From Botryllus schlosseri (Eukaryota): a stretch of 64,000 nt of DNA. Within the stretch, counting starts at the first letter, position 1. Every line of letters begins with the position of its first letter. This document shows, piece by piece, positions 26,501 to 38,590 of this stretch. The notes beneath the pieces were generated by a model. That model ran no database searches. It was not told where the DNA came from and worked only from the letters and a program-made list of their open reading frames with translations. Made by a program: the position numbers and the translations under genes. The stretch is taken from NCBI GenBank assembly GCA_051294905.1, contig CM119371.1, forward strand, positions 8,434,001 through 8,498,000, given 5' to 3'.

Positions 26501-29500
26501 CAGTGTAACTCACTACACAAATCAAGTTGAATCGTATTTGAATGTATTGATTCGACCCAACTCAAATCCTTTGACAAATCCTATTAACGCGATCTGTTGA
26601 ATCGAACGTAACCTGAATATTACTGACGCCAACATTCACCCGCATCGGATCATTCACACATTCCACGTCGGTGTTTTAACACTTATAGAATCAATACCAA
26701 CTATCTCTAACCCGATAATATTCAATCATTTTGGTAATTTGCCAACTTTAAATCCATTCGCGGGATGTACTAAAGGTAAATCCAAATAATCCAGAATGAA
26801 ATATTTGGACTTTGACATTGCGTGAATTGAAATAGGTTTGACAAACATGACTACCAACTTTCACCCAGTCACATTTTAAGATTATACTTTGAAACAATCC
26901 TTGAAACTGACAACTCTATTCACGACTCCGTTCCCGTTTGTAAAATAGAGTTTCAGAAATACTATCACTATGACAACTCAACATTTTAACATCTCGCCAT
27001 GCACAAACGAGTAAAATACAAAAACCTTGGTAAGTCAATCCGTTTGTAGTAACTCACCAAACCAAAACAAAAAGTGTCCGTATGAAAAGTAGACAAGACT
27101 ACGCGAGTAATCACTACAACCCACAAACATACCAACTCAGTTGTATCCATATCCCATCTTTTTTATTCAACTGTAAGATGAAGTAATTACTACTTGGCGC
27201 GCGGTTTGAGATTAACACATTACATTTGAGTATACGAGATTTGAATGTCTGACCAACGTAGTTGAGAATTCTTACAATCGAACGATGGTGTTATATTCAA
27301 AGTTATCATGCTGTGAACATAAGGATTGACGCATTGATTTGACATATGAGATTTGTAATAGTTGATCATTACTTGATTATTAAATTATGACATTATTAGA
27401 CCAGGGTTGTGTTGAAGGTTATTACGATACCAACAAACTTTTCAGAAACATTGTTATTAACATATCGATTTGTAAAACTAGATTAACGTGTCTGAAATGT
27501 TTTGATTGGGAAGATTAAGCCGTGTTCGTAAAAACCACGCAGCGTATTGTGGAAATCAGGAAATAATTTACAAATGTAATTGTCTCCAGTAACCAAGACT
27601 AAAGATGAAACAACAATTTTCTTTGTTGAACAATAACCGGTACAATACTTTATCGTCGTAATCAGCAGTGAGAATTGAAACACTTTCGCACATTATCCGG
27701 CGTCAAGATATCACACTAGGTGAATTGACATATCGCCGCTTGAATAATACCTAATCCGTTCGAACCATTTCACATACTTTGATCATTACAAAAGTAAATT
27801 GTGATATGTTTGTTAGATGCATTCAATTCAGTTAGAAGTGTCTAGTGCCCAACACTCGTAATATCAAAAAAGTACTTGCTACACTGTTATTTGCTAAACG
27901 TGTTTTGCATTGTTGTTCATTTGTAGTATTGATTGAAATTGTTCTTGAACCCTCAAATAATAATTCCCGACATGAAACCAAGCCGCTGAAAGTCGTTACC
28001 ATCACGAAGATACAATGTGCACGATGTTTGTCAAATGTGTCCTACCTGGCCAACAGAAAACAATTTTCACTCACTCGAAATGAAACCAATGTGATGGTCT
28101 CCATTCGATATTTTGTTTGTGTCAAATACTTTGCAATGAACACATTTGCGTGGTTGAGCTTTACATCATCTAGCTGTTATTTGTAAATCAAGATTTCGGT
28201 AAACTTGTAAATGTATCGTTTAACTAACCGACATTTAGTGATTGGGAAACATACCAGACGATACACATCCATCTCCGAAATACTTCATTGATCTTAATTT
28301 CCATCATCGTGATAATCGAAGTACATTTCTTTCGAATTCGTAACAACCGACTATGACATGATAAATTTTTGACAAGTTATGCTTAGAAGATTGGTTGCAT
28401 ATCGCGAAAAATAATATACCACTCATATTGATGCTGTTACTCCATTGATCGATATTTTCAAACGAGTAAAATTTATTACTTGAGTTTCTCCGCTTAATGT
28501 AAATGTAAACTCAGCCGTCTTTTAACATCAGAAAGACATTGATAAAAAGTAGGCAATCAAACGCTACAAGTTTAACTTTTGTAGGTTGTGTATGATTACC
28601 CCGCGCAACTCATTTCTCACCAAAGGTATATGAAATATATTCATGGTACACGAAAATACTCGATATTCTCTACGAACCTGTACAATGATTGGTGACGCTT
28701 TCAAACTGTTTCGATACCTCAAGACCTTTATTGTCTGAATGGTTGGTCATGTATCTTGATAATCGAGTAGTTCAACACACAACTAGTATTAACAGAAACA
28801 CCAGAGTTGCTTACACAAAAGTTTGTAAGTGCACAGTATGCGAATACCATGTGTAAGTCCAGCACAATTGGGGTATCCATCCGAGTTTAGTTAACACAAT
28901 TTACGACACCAAGGTCACCTCATCTTTCGTAAGACAACAAACCAACCAAGGCTTCAGGATATGTCCATGTCATAGCAATAAATCAGCTACTCCAACAACG
29001 GAATACATATGCTTACATCTTACACACAAATCAATCTACTTTGCTAACGAAAAGTGCCGAGCCATCACATGGTTGTCCTCACAACAATACAACTAAAACA
29101 TACTATCATACAAAATGGCTGTTATAGTCACCAACGGTACATCGTACAAGTAACAAGTCTCGAGAATCCAGTTACTCAAAAAACGTGAAAGTATTTTTAC
29201 ACCAAGTCGTTATGTTGACGAACGCGTATATTGTAATATCATGATCGATTTGCATTCGTTGGCTGCAAAAATGTCACTACTCTAAATAATTATATCTCAC
29301 TCAAAAGCATACTTGTCACCATTCGTTTTCATCAAGCACGAGTTCAAGAAACTTACTACGACATGAATTGTTATTTTTATGTTGTGTAAATAGTTAATAA
29401 TTAATTTTAGTAACACTATATCAACATCACGGAGTTGTGCGAATAGATTTACACGTAGTCTTGTGGTTTTAATCGAAGCACACAGCGTGTTCTAATGTAG

Positions 29501-29719
29501 AGTCATCTCTATTGTACAACAACTCGGTAATCGAAATGTATTAACATTTAAACAGCGATCCTGTTTCGTCACGCAAAAAATATCTTTACTGTCGCAACAC
29601 TCTGATACTCTGCACAAGATGTGTAAATCCTTTTCACACTCATAATAATACACTAACGGGATACCGACGTCAAGCAACAACGTTTACCAACATCACTGAC
29701 ACTGAACATACGATACCTA

Positions 29720-30330
29720 CCCAAGTAAAAATATCATTTTCACCACCAGGTCAGCCGTTACCTGTGTACAATTACCATTTGCCCTTGGGGGTCTAGCGTT
29801 ACCCGAGTAACAAATCCTTTTTCACTTGGAAATATATTTTTTCTCTGGGTAACAAACGTTTTTCACTTGGAAATATATTTTTTCCCTGGGTAACAATCCT
29901 TTTTCACTTGGAAATATATTTTTTCCCAGAGTAAGAAACCATTTTCACTTGTAAATATATTTTTTCCCCGGGTAACAAACCTTTTTCACTTGGAAATATA
30001 TTTTTTTCCCTGAGCAGCAAACCTTTTTCACTTGGAAATATATTTTTCCCAGAGTAAGAAACCATTTTCACTTGGAAATATATTTTTTTCCCTGAGCAAC
30101 AAACAATTTTCACGCGGAAATATAGTTTTTCCCCGGGTAACAAACCTTTTTCGCTTGGAAAGATATTTTTCCCTGAGCAACAAACCATTTTCACTCGGTG
30201 GTCCGTCGTTTACCTGAGTAAAAATATCATTTTCCTCTGGAGATCTGGCGTTTACCCAGTGTAACAACACATTTTCTCTTGGTCATCTAGCTTTTCCTAG
30301 AGTAACAAAACCATTTTCATTTTGAAATCT
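29720..30330. repeat. ~38-40-bp minisatellite (left arm)
   Basis: Unit approximately TTTTCACTTGGAAATATATTTTTTCCCNGRGTAACAAACC; about ten good copies plus degenerate flanking copies. Confidence 0.92.
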
Positions 30331-32690
30331 GACAAACACACCTGACAATTTGATATTTTTGTATATTGTTACAACGGATAGCGACAAAATATACACCAAC
30401 AACAACTCCAATACATTTGTGTAATCGCATATTCACTTGTGCTGATGCAACCCATCAAAATCATCGGTTACCCACATGCAATGTGTTGTTGTACATCGAC
30501 GTTTATGTTTTTGGAAAATTGGACAATAGGCTTCGATAGTTCTGTGATGTCCGGGTTCGTGCTTTGGATTTTCCAGAGTCAAAATGTCTGAATAAAACAC
30601 CTCCTTGACGATGGTTGGTATGTGGATAACGGTTGGATTTATGTCACCCATCGCGATAACAACTCCAGGTCGAGTTTTCCCCCGCGTGTTTACTATATTG
30701 TGTCTTTATTGGTCATGTATGTCTCGACATTCAGTTTGAAATCGGAAACCCTGATAAAGTATGTAACCGGATCCGGATATCAACTCTGAATCGATAAACC
30801 AATGAACAATATTCAAAGTAAACATGTTACACCCTGTGTTTCCACGAAAAAATACCATCCAGACATACGTCGCGCTTGTTTGCCCACATCAGTATACGCA
30901 TAAATGGAGGTGTGTGACATTGCATGCAATGTGTTGGTATACAAACATCGATCCACAGACATTATCATAGCCGGTAGTTTTGATGTAGATCGAATGTCAT
31001 CACACCCGATAACAATGTCATACCAATAAGCCACATTGCAATGACTCTGAGTCAATCTGAAGCAGGACATACAGACACCGTTCACTGATTTACTCGATGG
31101 CTTTATCGCGTTGTAACATTACAAGATAGTCATGACCCTATCTGCAGACGGACCACCCAGACCAATTGGATACATCGGTCAATATTCATCGTGTTGTCGA
31201 CACCGAAGTTTTCTGCTGAGACTACAGCGTTTGATCCAGGTGAATTATCGAAGTACGGTGCTCGAAATGATTGCGATCAGTCTTTCAGTCACGATGCATG
31301 GATGTCGCTACTCCCACATAACGACTCCAGATAAATATCGTGAGCAGTGATTCTGCAAATCTTGGACTGATATTGTGATCCAATAAGGTGTGTTTCTGTG
31401 GAATCAAGACTGCAATCGTACACCACAATAGAACACTACCTCGCGATTTCACACACAATCATAAAACACATCGTCGTAAGGGTCCAGTTCGTCTGGCAAC
31501 ATTTCGAAACGGTCGTCGCCACAAGAGATTGGTATCATTTTGAAACGACATCGTCACAAGTCTATTGACGTCGATTCTGTTGGTCATGTCAATCCGTTTC
31601 ACAATCCACCGTTTTTCAACTCCCCGCACCATAGTGTTACGACACAGACAAGAAGCGTCGGTGGAAATAATAAAACACGGAAAGCACACTTTGGTGTTAT
31701 TTGACATGGATTTTACACCCGACGAACCTTACATTCGAGCGATGCATTGGAATGACGCTTGTATTATTGACGTAGAAGGAACAGAAATGTATCGATTTAT
31801 TGGTTTCGTACATATCCAACTAAAACCAGGGTATATGATTGTGCATGGTTCGCATATTCGACTGTGAACGCCCAATTGGTATATGTTGTACAGTTCACTT
31901 TCACCGTCGTGCGAATAACCCATGTTAGGGTTCCATGTTTGTGTGTCTGTATGTCATGCTTCAGATTGACTCAGAGTCATTGCAATGTGGCTTATTGGTA
32001 TGACATTGTTATCGGGTGTGATGACATTCGATCTACATCAAAACTACCGGCTATGATAATGTCTGTGGATCGATGTTTGTATACCAACACATTGCATGCA
32101 ATGTCACACACCTCCATTTATGCGTATACTGATGTGGGCAAACAAGCGCGACGTATGTCTGGATGGTATTTTTTCGTGGAAACACAGGGTGTAACATGTT
32201 TACTTTGAATATTGTTCATTGGTTTATCGATTCAGAGTTGATATCCGGATCCGGTTACATACTTTATCAGGGTTTCCGATTTCAAACTGAATGTCGAGAC
32301 ATACATGACCAATAAAGACACAATATAGTAAACACGCGGGGGAAAACTCGACCTGGAGTTGTTATCGCGATGGGTGACATAAATCCAACCGTTATCCACA
32401 TACCAACCATCGTCAAGGAGGTGTTTTATTCAGACATTTTGACTCTGGAAAATCCAAAGCACGAACCCGGACATCACAGAACTATCGAAGCCTATTGTCC
32501 AATTTTCCAAAAACATAAACGTCGATGTACAACAACACATTGCATGTGGGTAACCGATGATTTTGATGGGTTGCATCAGCACAAGTGAATATGCGATTAC
32601 ACAAATGTATTGGAGTTGTTGTTGGTGTATATTTTGTCGCTATCCGTTGTAACAATATACAAAAATATCAAATTGTCAGGTGTGTTTGTC

Positions 32691-33301
32691 AGATTTCAAA
32701 ATGAAAATGGTTTTGTTACTCTAGGAAAAGCTAGATGACCAAGAGAAAATGTGTTGTTACACTGGGTAAACGCCAGATCTCCAGAGGAAAATGATATTTT
32801 TACTCAGGTAAACGACGGACCACCGAGTGAAAATGGTTTGTTGCTCAGGGAAAAATATCTTTCCAAGCGAAAAAGGTTTGTTACCCGGGGAAAAACTATA
32901 TTTCCGCGTGAAAATTGTTTGTTGCTCAGGGAAAAAAATATATTTCCAAGTGAAAATGGTTTCTTACTCTGGGAAAAATATATTTCCAAGTGAAAAAGGT
33001 TTGCTGCTCAGGGAAAAAAATATATTTCCAAGTGAAAAAGGTTTGTTACCCGGGGAAAAAATATATTTACAAGTGAAAATGGTTTCTTACTCTGGGAAAA
33101 AATATATTTCCAAGTGAAAAAGGATTGTTACCCAGGGAAAAAATATATTTCCAAGTGAAAAACGTTTGTTACCCAGAGAAAAAATATATTTCCAAGTGAA
33201 AAAGGATTTGTTACTCGGGTAACGCTAGACCCCCAAGGGCAAATGGTAATTGTACACAGGTAACGGCTGACCTGGTGGTGAAAATGATATTTTTACTTGG
33301 G
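32691..33301. repeat. ~38-40-bp minisatellite (right arm)
   Basis: Mirror of 29720-30330 (repeats of GGAAAAAATATATTTCCAAGTGAAAA). Confidence 0.92.
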
Positions 33302-36300
33302 TAGGTATCGTATGTTCAGTGTCAGTGATGTTGGTAAACGTTGTTGCTTGACGTCGGTATCCCGTTAGTGTATTATTATGAGTGTGAAAAGGATTTACAC
33401 ATCTTGTGCAGAGTATCAGAGTGTTGCGACAGTAAAGATATTTTTTGCGTGACGAAACAGGATCGCTGTTTAAATGTTAATACATTTCGATTACCGAGTT
33501 GTTGTACAATAGAGATGACTCTACATTAGAACACGCTGTGTGCTTCGATTAAAACCACAAGACTACGTGTAAATCTATTCGCACAACTCCGTGATGTTGA
33601 TATAGTGTTACTAAAATTAATTATTAACTATTTACACAACATAAAAATAACAATTCATGTCGTAGTAAGTTTCTTGAACTCGTGCTTGATGAAAACGAAT
33701 GGTGACAAGTATGCTTTTGAGTGAGATATAATTATTTAGAGTAGTGACATTTTTGCAGCCAACGAATGCAAATCGATCATGATATTACAATATACGCGTT
33801 CGTCAACATAACGACTTGGTGTAAAAATACTTTCACGTTTTTTGAGTAACTGGATTCTCGAGACTTGTTACTTGTACGATGTACCGTTGGTGACTATAAC
33901 AGCCATTTTGTATGATAGTATGTTTTAGTTGTATTGTTGTGAGGACAACCATGTGATGGCTCGGCACTTTTCGTTAGCAAAGTAGATTGATTTGTGTGTA
34001 AGATGTAAGCATATGTATTCCGTTGTTGGAGTAGCTGATTTATTGCTATGACATGGACATATCCTGAAGCCTTGGTTGGTTTGTTGTCTTACGAAAGATG
34101 AGGTGACCTTGGTGTCGTAAATTGTGTTAACTAAACTCGGATGGATACCCCAATTGTGCTGGACTTACACATGGTATTCGCATACTGTGCACTTACAAAC
34201 TTTTGTGTAAGCAACTCTGGTGTTTCTGTTAATACTAGTTGTGTGTTGAACTACTCGATTATCAAGATACATGACCAACCATTCAGACAATAAAGGTCTT
34301 GAGGTATCGAAACAGTTTGAAAGCGTCACCAATCATTGTACAGGTTCGTAGAGAATATCGAGTATTTTCGTGTACCATGAATATATTTCATATACCTTTG
34401 GTGAGAAATGAGTTGCGCGGGGTAATCATACACAACCTACAAAAGTTAAACTTGTAGCGTTTGATTGCCTACTTTTTATCAATGTCTTTCTGATGTTAAA
34501 AGACGGCTGAGTTTACATTTACATTAAGCGGAGAAACTCAAGTAATAAATTTTACTCGTTTGAAAATATCGATCAATGGAGTAACAGCATCAATATGAGT
34601 GGTATATTATTTTTCGCGATATGCAACCAATCTTCTAAGCATAACTTGTCAAAAATTTATCATGTCATAGTCGGTTGTTACGAATTCGAAAGAAATGTAC
34701 TTCGATTATCACGATGATGGAAATTAAGATCAATGAAGTATTTCGGAGATGGATGTGTATCGTCTGGTATGTTTCCCAATCACTAAATGTCGGTTAGTTA
34801 AACGATACATTTACAAGTTTACCGAAATCTTGATTTACAAATAACAGCTAGATGATGTAAAGCTCAACCACGCAAATGTGTTCATTGCAAAGTATTTGAC
34901 ACAAACAAAATATCGAATGGAGACCATCACATTGGTTTCATTTCGAGTGAGTGAAAATTGTTTTCTGTTGGCCAGGTAGGACACATTTGACAAACATCGT
35001 GCACATTGTATCTTCGTGATGGTAACGACTTTCAGCGGCTTGGTTTCATGTCGGGAATTATTATTTGAGGGTTCAAGAACAATTTCAATCAATACTACAA
35101 ATGAACAACAATGCAAAACACGTTTAGCAAATAACAGTGTAGCAAGTACTTTTTTGATATTACGAGTGTTGGGCACTAGACACTTCTAACTGAATTGAAT
35201 GCATCTAACAAACATATCACAATTTACTTTTGTAATGATCAAAGTATGTGAAATGGTTCGAACGGATTAGGTATTATTCAAGCGGCGATATGTCAATTCA
35301 CCTAGTGTGATATCTTGACGCCGGATAATGTGCGAAAGTGTTTCAATTCTCACTGCTGATTACGACGATAAAGTATTGTACCGGTTATTGTTCAACAAAG
35401 AAAATTGTTGTTTCATCTTTAGTCTTGGTTACTGGAGACAATTACATTTGTAAATTATTTCCTGATTTCCACAATACGCTGCGTGGTTTTTACGAACACG
35501 GCTTAATCTTCCCAATCAAAACATTTCAGACACGTTAATCTAGTTTTACAAATCGATATGTTAATAACAATGTTTCTGAAAAGTTTGTTGGTATCGTAAT
35601 AACCTTCAACACAACCCTGGTCTAATAATGTCATAATTTAATAATCAAGTAATGATCAACTATTACAAATCTCATATGTCAAATCAATGCGTCAATCCTT
35701 ATGTTCACAGCATGATAACTTTGAATATAACACCATCGTTCGATTGTAAGAATTCTCAACTACGTTGGTCAGACATTCAAATCTCGTATACTCAAATGTA
35801 ATGTGTTAATCTCAAACCGCGCGCCAAGTAGTAATTACTTCATCTTACAGTTGAATAAAAAAGATGGGATATGGATACAACTGAGTTGGTATGTTTGTGG
35901 GTTGTAGTGATTACTCGCGTAGTCTTGTCTACTTTTCATACGGACACTTTTTGTTTTGGTTTGGTGAGTTACTACAAACGGATTGACTTACCAAGGTTTT
36001 TGTATTTTACTCGTTTGTGCATGGCGAGATGTTAAAATGTTGAGTTGTCATAGTGATAGTATTTCTGAAACTCTATTTTACAAACGGGAACGGAGTCGTG
36101 AATAGAGTTGTCAGTTTCAAGGATTGTTTCAAAGTATAATCTTAAAATGTGACTGGGTGAAAGTTGGTAGTCATGTTTGTCAAACCTATTTCAATTCACG
36201 CAATGTCAAAGTCCAAATATTTCATTCTGGATTATTTGGATTTACCTTTAGTACATCCCGCGAATGGATTTAAAGTTGGCAAATTACCAAAATGATTGAA

Positions 36301-36520
36301 TATTATCGGGTTAGAGATAGTTGGTATTGATTCTATAAGTGTTAAAACACCGACGTGGAATGTGTGAATGATCCGATGCGGGTGAATGTTGGCGTCAGTA
36401 ATATTCAGGTTACGTTCGATTCAACAGATCGCGTTAATAGGATTTGTCAAAGGATTTGAGTTGGGTCGAATCAATACATTCAAATACGATTCAACTTGAT
36501 TTGTGTAGTGAGTTACACTG

Positions 36521-37157
36521 ATGACTCCCACTTTATCAAACGATATGACATCGAACAGCGTCAACACTATGCAAGTCGGAGCAACTTCAAATTTTCACGT
36601 CGGCGTCAAATTCGTCTCATCACCCAAAAGAGGTGGCGTTAGCCAATATCTCAAAGGTATATTCATCGACGGTAATAACGAAGAGATATCTTTCACGTGT
36701 TTCAATCGTGAATTGTTCGGGAACATTGAGAAAGCATTCGCCAAACGAAAAAAAACTCATGGTCAAATCCGGTTGGGTCCAAATTGACAAGTTTACTGGA
36801 AAACCTGCTGTATTACTGGGACGGGCTTCGTCAGTAACCACGCATGGAAAATCGAGACATACGACTGAAGAATACCCATTATTGACCTGCGAATCGGTAT
36901 ACGGGAATAAAGATGAATACGTTTCGATCGCCGCTACTTGTGTTTCTCGAGAGGAGAAGATGGTCAATTCTGGGGCCGGAAAGGAGTTGAAATTATACAG
37001 TTTTACATTGAAGGATGATACTGGTGAGGTGGTTTTGGATCAATGGAACAAAGCCTCGCTCGTACCCGGGAAGAAATATCAACTCACTCGTGTTAAAAAC
37101 TGTGTCGGCAGCTTGAAAATCGATTCGTTAACTAGACTTGTTGAATTGAAAGAATAG
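36521..37157 (+). pseudogene. Tandem OB-fold (RPA1 DBD-A/B or SSB-like) gene, ~211 aa if one A is removed from the A8 run at 36748-36755
   Basis: Domain 1: IFIDGNNEEISFTCFNRE...MVKSGWVQIDK (compare RPA1 LVDESGEIRATAFNEQ...YFSKGTLKIANK). Domain 2: FTLKDDTGEVVLDQWN...PGKKYQLT (OB-fold DxTGxIxLxxW motif). Two overlapping ORFs join at the A-run. Confidence 0.7.
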
Positions 37158-37600
37158 TTTGCATATTTGTATACCACAATACAATATTTCGCGTAAAATG
37201 TATGACCTATGTGATTCGCCAACTGCGTTAGTGTGGTGTTGTTCTACTGATCGAGGTGTGAAAATTGTGCTATCGCGATGAATCTGTGACTATGAACAGC
37301 AGACTATTCTGTAGGCGCGAAACAGCGAATAAGCCGAAAGTATTATTCAGGTAGCAATCAATAGCGAGGAAAGAGAACACGATCGGTCATTTGACACGAC
37401 TAAACTACGACGTCATATATCATAATTTACGATCAAACTATTTCACACTGACCGGTCTAGTGTAATAATCGATAGTAGCGGCTGGACGAGAAATAATTCA
37501 GCGCGCAGGTCATTCGAAATATAGGTCGCACTGCTTAATCCTCTTGCAAGCCACGTTTCCGTTTGCGCGGTTATTGTTGGCGACTCGTACATATTCAACA

Positions 37601-38121
37601 CCACGCGAGAGATACCTGAAAGTACGAATCACGACCGCGCCCATAAGAACACATGGCGAATCACCACCACAGCCTATACGCGAAAGTACGACATGCGAGA
37701 GATGCCTATACCCGAAAGGGCGATTCACGACCGCACCCATAAGAACACATAGCGAATCACCAACACAACCTATACGCGAAAGCACGACATGCGAAAGTAC
37801 GACGTGCGAGAGATGCCAATACCCGAAAGTACGATATGCCGACGCGACCATAAGAACACATAGCGAATCACCAACACAGCCTATACGCGAAAGTACGACA
37901 TGCGAAAGTACGATGTGCGAGAGATGCCTACACCCGAAAGTACGATATGCCAACACGAGTTTTCAATACGAGTCACCGCCGCAGCCTATACTTGAAAGTA
38001 CGATGTGCGAGCGCACCCATAAGAACACATTACGATGTGCGAGCGATAGGGGGGGTCTAAAAGTACGATATGCCAACACGAGTTTTCAATACGATGTGCG
38101 AGCGGGCCCATAAGAACCCAT
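37601..38121. repeat. Subterminal modular repeat array (right arm)
   Basis: Repeated CGAAAGTACG, CATAAGAACACAT and ATGTGCGAG modules; mirror of the left arm. Confidence 0.9.
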
Positions 38122-38434
38122 GCAAAAAAACGTTAGTTCGCGACCGATCCTATATACTACTATCATATGGTGCTCATATCAAAAGCATTCAGAGATATCA
38201 CACGTATAAAGCTATATTATTGCGAGAGTGCCTTACTTGTATCTTACACCTTACTTACGGACAGTCACGCAATCAGTTCTTCCGAATCGGGATAATAGCA
38301 TCTGCGACAGAGAACACTGTAAACTGATATCATTTGGTTAACTTTTAGCCACTCAACCTCCAATTCTTCGACAGTAACAAAGTTGCGCTACAATACAGGC
38401 GGCAGTAATCTGTCTAACAGCCGGGAATGTGAAT

Positions 38435-38590
38435 CTAAGCTCCTCCTCGCCACATCATCTGCATAAGCGACGTCTTACTAAAATCCGTGCTACAAGTCGG
38501 CAGTTACTAAATCAAAAACAACGAATATAGGCCTGGTGTAAATGACCATTGTAGTCGACAAACAACATTAATACCACAAACAACAACAGC
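38435..38590 (+). repeat. Dispersed repeat, probable retroelement 3' end with (AAC)n tail
   Basis: Inverted homolog at ~5840-5990 (GGTGGCGAGGAGGAGC, GTAACTGCCGACTT, GGTCATTTACACCAGGCC); ends in AAACAACAAC. Confidence 0.6.

Larger units (their letters stand above)
24860..31078. repeat. Left arm of giant inverted repeat (6219 bp)
   Basis: Twelve ORF pairs mirror with identical translations and constant coordinate sum 63021; both boundaries were read base by base. Confidence 0.97.
24860..38161. mobile_element. 13.3-kb palindromic non-autonomous Polinton/Maverick-like element
   Basis: Starts AGTAGTATATAGGATCGG and ends CCGATCCTATATACTACT; exact 6-bp TSD ATCATA (24854-24859, 38162-38167); inverted arms of ~6.2 kb. 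The structure is read directly from the sequence; the Polinton assignment rests on termini and TSD length only. Confidence 0.8.
31943..38161. repeat. Right arm of giant inverted repeat (6219 bp)
   Basis: Reverse complement of 24860-31078; the only mismatch I noticed is 31065/31956. Confidence 0.97.

Noticed and set aside
29720..33301. CRISPR-like array in the 38-40-bp repeats
   Set aside because: Units are head-to-tail with no unique spacers, no cas genes are present and the context is eukaryotic; the ORFs over them are repeat translations.
37544..38113. 189-aa Cys/His repeat protein (and mirror 24908-25477)
   Set aside because: It coincides with the subterminal DNA module array, both strands are open, and it has a non-ATG start; most likely incidental.
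24860..38161. Palindrome as a pure assembly or read fold-back artefact
   Set aside because: The flanks differ on each side, there is a unique 864-bp spacer, and the arms end exactly at a 6-bp direct duplication with transposon-like termini. An artefact is not expected to produce this, though read support should still be checked.
24860..38161. Helitron, suggested by the RPA-like gene
   Set aside because: Helitrons make no TSD and lack long TIRs; no Rep/helicase motifs or TC...CTRR ends were seen.
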